Source: an uncultured Chloroflexia bacterium (GTDB taxonomy: Bacteria; Chloroflexota; Limnocylindria; Limnocylindrales; CSP1-4). Taken from it: 64,000 nt of DNA. The stretch is from NCBI GenBank assembly GCA_963752475.1, contig CAVVYR010000001.1:64001-128000 (forward strand), in the 5' to 3' direction. The notes under the pieces are model-generated. The model was not told the DNA's origin and did no database searches. It worked only from the letters and a program-made list of their open reading frames with translations. Shown here in pieces: positions 59,559 through 64,000 of this stretch. Position 1 is the stretch's first letter. Every line of letters starts with the position of its first letter. The position numbers and the translations under genes were made by a program.

Positions 59559-60617
59559 CTAGCGCGGCGGCCTCGAGTAGGTCTCGGCCACGAGCGCGCG
59601 CTCCATCTTGGGATCGTCGATGGACTCGAGCACGATGCCGGTGCCACGGGCCACGCAGGTCAGCGGGTCGTCAGCGATGTGCACAGGCATCTGGGTAGCC
59701 TCGGCGATGCGCCGATCGAGGCCCTGCAGCAGCGCGCCGCCGCCGGCGAGCACGATGCCCTGGTCGACGATGTCCGCGACGAGCTCCGGGGGCGTCTCTT
59801 CGATGGTGTCCTTGATGGTGCTGACGATCTGGGCCAGCGAGGCGTCGATGGCCTCGCGCACCTGCTCGGCGGTGATCTCCACGAAACGCGGCAGGCCGGT
59901 GAGCAGATCACGACCGCGCATGCTCACATGCTGCTTGTCGTGCGGGCCTGGATAGGCCGAGCCGATGGCGATCTTGATGTCCTCTGCGGTGCGCTCACCG
60001 ACGAGCAGGTTGTAGTCCCGCCGGGCGTAGCCGATGACGTCCTCATCGAGCTCGTCGCCGCCGACGCGTACCGAGCGCGAGACGACGATGCCACCGAGCG
60101 AGATGACCGCGACCTCCGTGGTGCCGCCGCCGATGTCGACGATGAGGTTGCCCGAAGGCTCCGCGACGGGCAACCCGGCACCGATGGCCGCGGCCATGGG
60201 CTCCTCGATGAGCCGCGCCCAGCGGGCGCCGGCGTTGAGGGCCGCATCACGCACCGCGCGACGCTCGACCTCGGTCACGCCGCTGGGGATACCCAGCAGC
60301 ATGCGCGGACGCGGTACCAGACCGACGCGATCGTGCACGCGCTGGACGAAATACTTGATCATCTGCTCGGTGACGTCGAAGTCGCTGACGACGCCGTCGC
60401 GCAGGGGGCGCACGATGCTGATGCTGGCCGGCGTGCGGCCGAGCATGCGCTTGGCCTCCGCGCCGATCTCGATGACCTTGCGCGACTTCGTATCGACCGC
60501 CACGATGCTGGGCTCGCTGATGACGATGCCCCGACCACGGACGTGCACGAGCGTGTTGGCGGTGCCGAGGTCCATCCCGATGTCACGGGAGAACGCACCG
60601 AAGAACGCGTCGATCAT
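59559..60617 (-). CDS. mreB: Rod shape-determining protein MreB
   Basis: DLGTANT, RPLRDGV, EEPMAAAIGAG, DIGGGTTE, GGGALL. Confidence 0.97.
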   Translation of the reverse strand: MIDAFFGAFSRDIGMDLGTANTLVHVRGRGIVISEPSIVAVDTKSRKVIEIGAEAKRMLGRTPASISIVRPLRDGVVSDFDVTEQMIKYFVQRVHDRVGLVPRPRMLLGIPSGVTEVERRAVRDAALNAGARWARLIEEPMAAAIGAGLPVAEPSGNLIVDIGGGTTEVAVISLGGIVVSRSVRVGGDELDEDVIGYARRDYNLLVGERTAEDIKIAIGSAYPGPHDKQHVSMRGRDLLTGLPRFVEITAEQVREAIDASLAQIVSTIKDTIEETPPELVADIVDQGIVLAGGGALLQGLDRRIAEATQMPVHIADDPLTCVARGTGIVLESIDDPKMERALVAETYSRPPR

Positions 60618-60853
60618 CTCTGGCGAGGACGGCCTCCTAGGGTGGCGGCTTGGACGCGGCCACGGGCGTGCTGACACCAACGGTAGCGCCACACCCACAC
60701 GGCAAGGGTGGCCTACCGATCACTGGAACGGGCCACGGCGACCCGGCCGAAGGCCCTCCTCGGCCTCCGTCTCCAGCCACGAGAGTATACGCGGGCCTTC
60801 GAGGATCCCGACGGCCGACCGTTTCCGCCCGCACGCGACGAACGGCAGCGCCG

Positions 60854-61570
60854 CTAGCCATGGTCGAAAGCCACGCCCCGGTCACGCAGACTGACCCAGG
60901 AGCCGTGCCCGATGACCAGGTGATCGACGACGGCGATGTCCAGCAGTCGACCCGCGGCCACCGCCTCCGAGGTCATGTGCAGGTCATCAGGGCTGGGCGT
61001 GGGATCGCCGGAGGGATGGTTGTGCACGAGGATGAGCCTCGAGGCATGGAGCCGGACGGCGTCACGGAAGAGCTCTGCGATGCGCACGAGCGCAGCCGAG
61101 ACGTTGCCGCGGTAGATGGTGGGCATGGCGCACACGCCGTTGCGCGTGTCGAGCAGGACCACCCGTAGCTCTTCGCGTGGGAGGTGGCCCAGGTCCGCCA
61201 GCAACCGCGTGGCCAGGTCGCGCGGCCCGCGGATGGTCCAGCGGCCGGCAGGCCAGTCGGTCACCGCCCGGCGTCCCAGCTCGAACGCGGCCGTGAGCTG
61301 TGCGGCCCGCGCGGGTCCCACGCCGGGCACGTGCTCAAGCTCTCGCGGGGATGCCGCGGCCAACCCGGAGATGCCGTCGTAGCGAACGAGGGCATCCTCC
61401 GCCATGGCGGCGACTGCGGAGCCCCGGGCACCTGATGACCAGAGCAGGCCGATGAGCTCGACCGAGGAGAGGCCGGCAGCACCACGGGTCACGAGCCGCT
61501 CTCGCGGTCGTTCCGCCACCGGCAGCTCGCCGATCGAGTGTCTGGCCGGGGCCGAGCTCCTCGATGACAT
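60854..61570 (-). CDS. radC: RadC/JAB (MPN) domain protein
   Basis: ERPRERL, HhH GVGPARA, HNHPSGDPTPS.DD, DHLVIG. Confidence 0.92.
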   Translation of the reverse strand: MSSRSSAPARHSIGELPVAERPRERLVTRGAAGLSSVELIGLLWSSGARGSAVAAMAEDALVRYDGISGLAAASPRELEHVPGVGPARAAQLTAAFELGRRAVTDWPAGRWTIRGPRDLATRLLADLGHLPREELRVVLLDTRNGVCAMPTIYRGNVSAALVRIAELFRDAVRLHASRLILVHNHPSGDPTPSPDDLHMTSEAVAAGRLLDIAVVDHLVIGHGSWVSLRDRGVAFDHG

Positions 61571-61738
61571 CCGGCCTCCCTCGGCGGGCGGGTGTGGTCG
61601 TCGGTTCGTGGCGCCTCCGGGCCCGAACGACGGAGCCCGCCGATTCCCCCGCCATCCGGTCCCGAAGGCACGACGGACTGTAGACGGGGCTCCTTAGCGC
61701 CGGCTTCGCTGGGCCTTCGTTCCGACTGTGGGGATGGA

Positions 61739-62875
61739 TCAGATGCCGGCCGGCTCCGGGATCTTGCTCGCGAGGAAGGCCAGCGCCAGCAGCAGCGAGT
61801 TGTACGAGACGTGAGCGGCGATCGACGCGATGAGGCCGAAGCGGATGAAGACCCAGCCGAAGACGAAGCCGACGGGCAAGAGGACGGCGATCACCATCAC
61901 CGCTTGCCGCCACCCCTCCGAGAAGTCGGCCGAGACGAGCGGGACGAGGTGCAACAAGGCGAAGAAGAGCGAGCTGCGGATCAAGGCCGTGCGCGGCCCG
62001 AGGTCACGCATCCAGGCGGTCAGTACGAACCCGCGGAAGAAGATCTCCTCACCGATGGGCACGATGAGCCCGGCCGAGAGCGCCACGAAGGCTCCGTCGA
62101 TCGGCGTCTCCGAGAGTGGGAACTGGCGCGGCGCTTCGACACCCAGGAGCAACCCGACGATGCCGCCGACGACGATCAGCCCGAGCGTGACCGGCAGCAT
62201 CACCAGGATGCCGGAACCGATCGCCCGAAGGGTCTCAGGCACATCGGCGCCGCGCCACGTGGGCCAACCCATGTCCGACCAGGTCAGCGCTCCCGTGCGG
62301 ACCGCGAAGAGCGAGATCACGAGCACGTAGCCGAGCGTCTGGATGGTCGCGTTGGCGAAGAAGCCGGACGGCACGTCGGGGTCGACGCCGATGACGTTGA
62401 TGACGATGATGCCGAGCGCCGAGAGCGCCATGAAGTAGAGCCCGAAGACGAGCAGTGGTGACGGCCCGCGATAGCGCTCGGGATCGCGCGACGCGCGCTC
62501 GAGCACTTGGGATCCGGCAGCCGCCGCCAGACCCAGGGTCACGGCCGTCGCACCGAGGAAGATGAGCAGCGGACGCCAGGCGGGATCGCTGGCCATGGGC
62601 CCCAGCACGAGGGTCACCGCCAGGCCGCCGATGCTCAGGATCCAGGCCACGAGATAGAGGCCCGGGGCGCGTCGGCCCTCTAGCGAGAAGACGCCACCAC
62701 CGGGAGGCCCGTCGGGATCGGCTACCGGGGCCGGATCGCTGGCGGCGTTCGAGGGGACGACATGGTCGGTTCCGGGCTCGCCCCGCGCATCGTCAGGCTC
62801 GATCTCGTGGACAGCACCGACCTGCGGCGTGGGCTCGGGATCGGGCGACGGTCCGTCGGCTCCGGGGCCGGTCAA
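61739..62875 (-). CDS. CPBP family intramembrane metalloprotease (Abi/CAAX)
   Basis: EEIFFRG, FALLH, AHVSYN, multiple TMs. Confidence 0.88.
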   Translation of the reverse strand: MTGPGADGPSPDPEPTPQVGAVHEIEPDDARGEPGTDHVVPSNAASDPAPVADPDGPPGGGVFSLEGRRAPGLYLVAWILSIGGLAVTLVLGPMASDPAWRPLLIFLGATAVTLGLAAAAGSQVLERASRDPERYRGPSPLLVFGLYFMALSALGIIVINVIGVDPDVPSGFFANATIQTLGYVLVISLFAVRTGALTWSDMGWPTWRGADVPETLRAIGSGILVMLPVTLGLIVVGGIVGLLLGVEAPRQFPLSETPIDGAFVALSAGLIVPIGEEIFFRGFVLTAWMRDLGPRTALIRSSLFFALLHLVPLVSADFSEGWRQAVMVIAVLLPVGFVFGWVFIRFGLIASIAAHVSYNSLLLALAFLASKIPEPAGI

Positions 62876-62890
62876 GGATGCGAGTCTGCG

Positions 62891-63676
62891 TCAGATCCCG
62901 GTCGGGGAAGACGCGCTGTCAGTGGCGGAGTTCGACGAGGAACCGGCCGCGGTCGAGCTCCGAGGCGCCGGCGAAGTGCTGCTCTGTGGCTGTGTCGGCG
63001 GGACCGGGCCGGACCCCCTGCTCGAGCTGTCGGAGCCCTCGGCCGGTTTGGCCTGAGGTGGTGGTGCGGGGCGGGCCGGCGGCGGTGGTGGTGGCGCCGC
63101 CATGCGCGGTCCGGGTGCCGGTGCACCCTGGCGCTGGGCCGGCAACGGCATCGGGCGACCCGAGGGCATGAAGGCCGTGGTACCAGGTGCCTCGGCCCGC
63201 TCGAAGTCCTTGCCGCACCAGGCGCAGAGCGTCCAGTCCAGCTCGATGAGGTGTTCGCAGTTGGGGCACACGCGGCGGAGCCGGTTGCGGCAGTTGGGAC
63301 AGATGATCCAGTCCTCGTGCACCGGACGATCGCAGTTGGCGCACTGGGCGTGCGTGGCCACCTCGGCCAGCATCGCCTCCTCCGCCAGGACCCGCTCGTT
63401 GACCTCGGCGATGGTCTCCTTGGGCCGGATGATGCGGTAGAGCAGCAATCCGAAGAGGAAGAAGATGGGGGTGAAGAGGATGATCGCCAGGGCCGCCACG
63501 TAGGGCGTGACCGCACTCGCGGTGCGCAGCCGCATGTCGCGATAGGCCCAGAAGGCGCTGGCCAGCCAGATGAGCACGATGTACGAAGCGATGACGTAGA
63601 TCGCGGCCTGGAAGGCATCGCTTTCGACCACATCGGTGAACGTGGTCTCTAGCGTCCCGAACAGATCTTCAAACAT
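62891..63676 (-). CDS. Membrane protein with double zinc ribbon domain
   Basis: Two TMs followed by four CxxC motifs (CANC, CPNC, CPNC, CAWC) and a Pro-rich tail. Confidence 0.8.
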   Translation of the reverse strand: MFEDLFGTLETTFTDVVESDAFQAAIYVIASYIVLIWLASAFWAYRDMRLRTASAVTPYVAALAIILFTPIFFLFGLLLYRIIRPKETIAEVNERVLAEEAMLAEVATHAQCANCDRPVHEDWIICPNCRNRLRRVCPNCEHLIELDWTLCAWCGKDFERAEAPGTTAFMPSGRPMPLPAQRQGAPAPGPRMAAPPPPPPARPAPPPQAKPAEGSDSSSRGSGPVPPTQPQSSTSPAPRSSTAAGSSSNSATDSASSPTGI

Positions 63677-63781
63677 GAACGACTGGTCTCAACCTCTGCG
63701 GAGATGTGACGGCACCCCTCTGCCGTCCACGGCGGCCCGAGTGTAGCAGCGGTCCGGGGTATGGACCCTCAGCACGACGGT

Positions 63782-64000
63782 TCAGTCGAGGCGTCCGGGT
63801 GCACCAGCGACATCGATGGCACGTCGGAACGCGCGCATCATCTCGGCCACCAGCTCGTTGTCCCGCATCGTCGAGCGGCGGACGGGGTCCCAGCGCACGG
63901 CGGTCAGGATCATCAGCGGCCGGGCCCACGGATCGGCCTCGTCATCGGCCTCGGCCATGCGCATGCGGATGAGCTGCCGACCGCCCTCCTGGTCCAGCAG
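63782..64000 (-). CDS. Hypothetical protein, C-terminal fragment
   Basis: Open frame to the window edge with typical codon usage (PLMILTAVRWDP). Confidence 0.5.
   Translation of the reverse strand: MLDQEGGRQLIRMRMAEADDEADPWARPLMILTAVRWDPVRRSTMRDNELVAEMMRAFRRAIDVAGAPGRLD

Noticed and set aside
60620-60850. Possible riboswitch in the long mreB leader (TATACT at 60784-60789 on the minus strand)
   Set aside because: No recognisable riboswitch consensus, only short GC-rich stems expected by chance
60854-61570. RadC/JAB as a marker of a mobile or defence element
   Set aside because: Full-length chromosomal type in its usual radC-mreB context; no integrase or E1/E2 genes nearby

Overview
A high-GC (about 70% by eye), densely coding bacterial window. 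Gene content (radC-mreB-mreC, prsA-like/mazG/rph/rdgB, a sortase, DUF4012, no outer-membrane export genes) suggests a monoderm, probably Chloroflexota; this is inference only. Most of the window is a cell-envelope glycan region. It holds two Wzm/Wzt-type ABC exporters, about nine glycosyltransferases, a dispersed rmlABCD set, wecB, a nucleotide-sugar dehydrogenase, DUF354, a polyprenol-phosphate-mannose synthase, a priming sugar transferase, six sulfotransferase domains and cysC. Together these point to a sulfated surface polysaccharide. Embedded in it are a tight operon (priming transferase, tandem half-SBP protein, sortase with an internal sorting-like motif, DUF4012) and a set of strongly Lys/Arg-rich secreted proteins (three GH26 paralogs, a trypsin-like protease, a FlgD-Ig protein with a caspase-like domain). 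A LacI-controlled sugar island encodes an ABC importer, a broken GH32, an SPS-like GT4, a HIT-type nucleotidyltransferase, a P-loop kinase and a divergent MtaA/UroD protein. Housekeeping genes fill the rest. Frameshifts cluster at 1-11 kb and 28.4-29.3 kb and are probably long-read errors. No rRNA, tRNA, CRISPR array or transposase was seen. All family calls come from motif recognition, not database searches.
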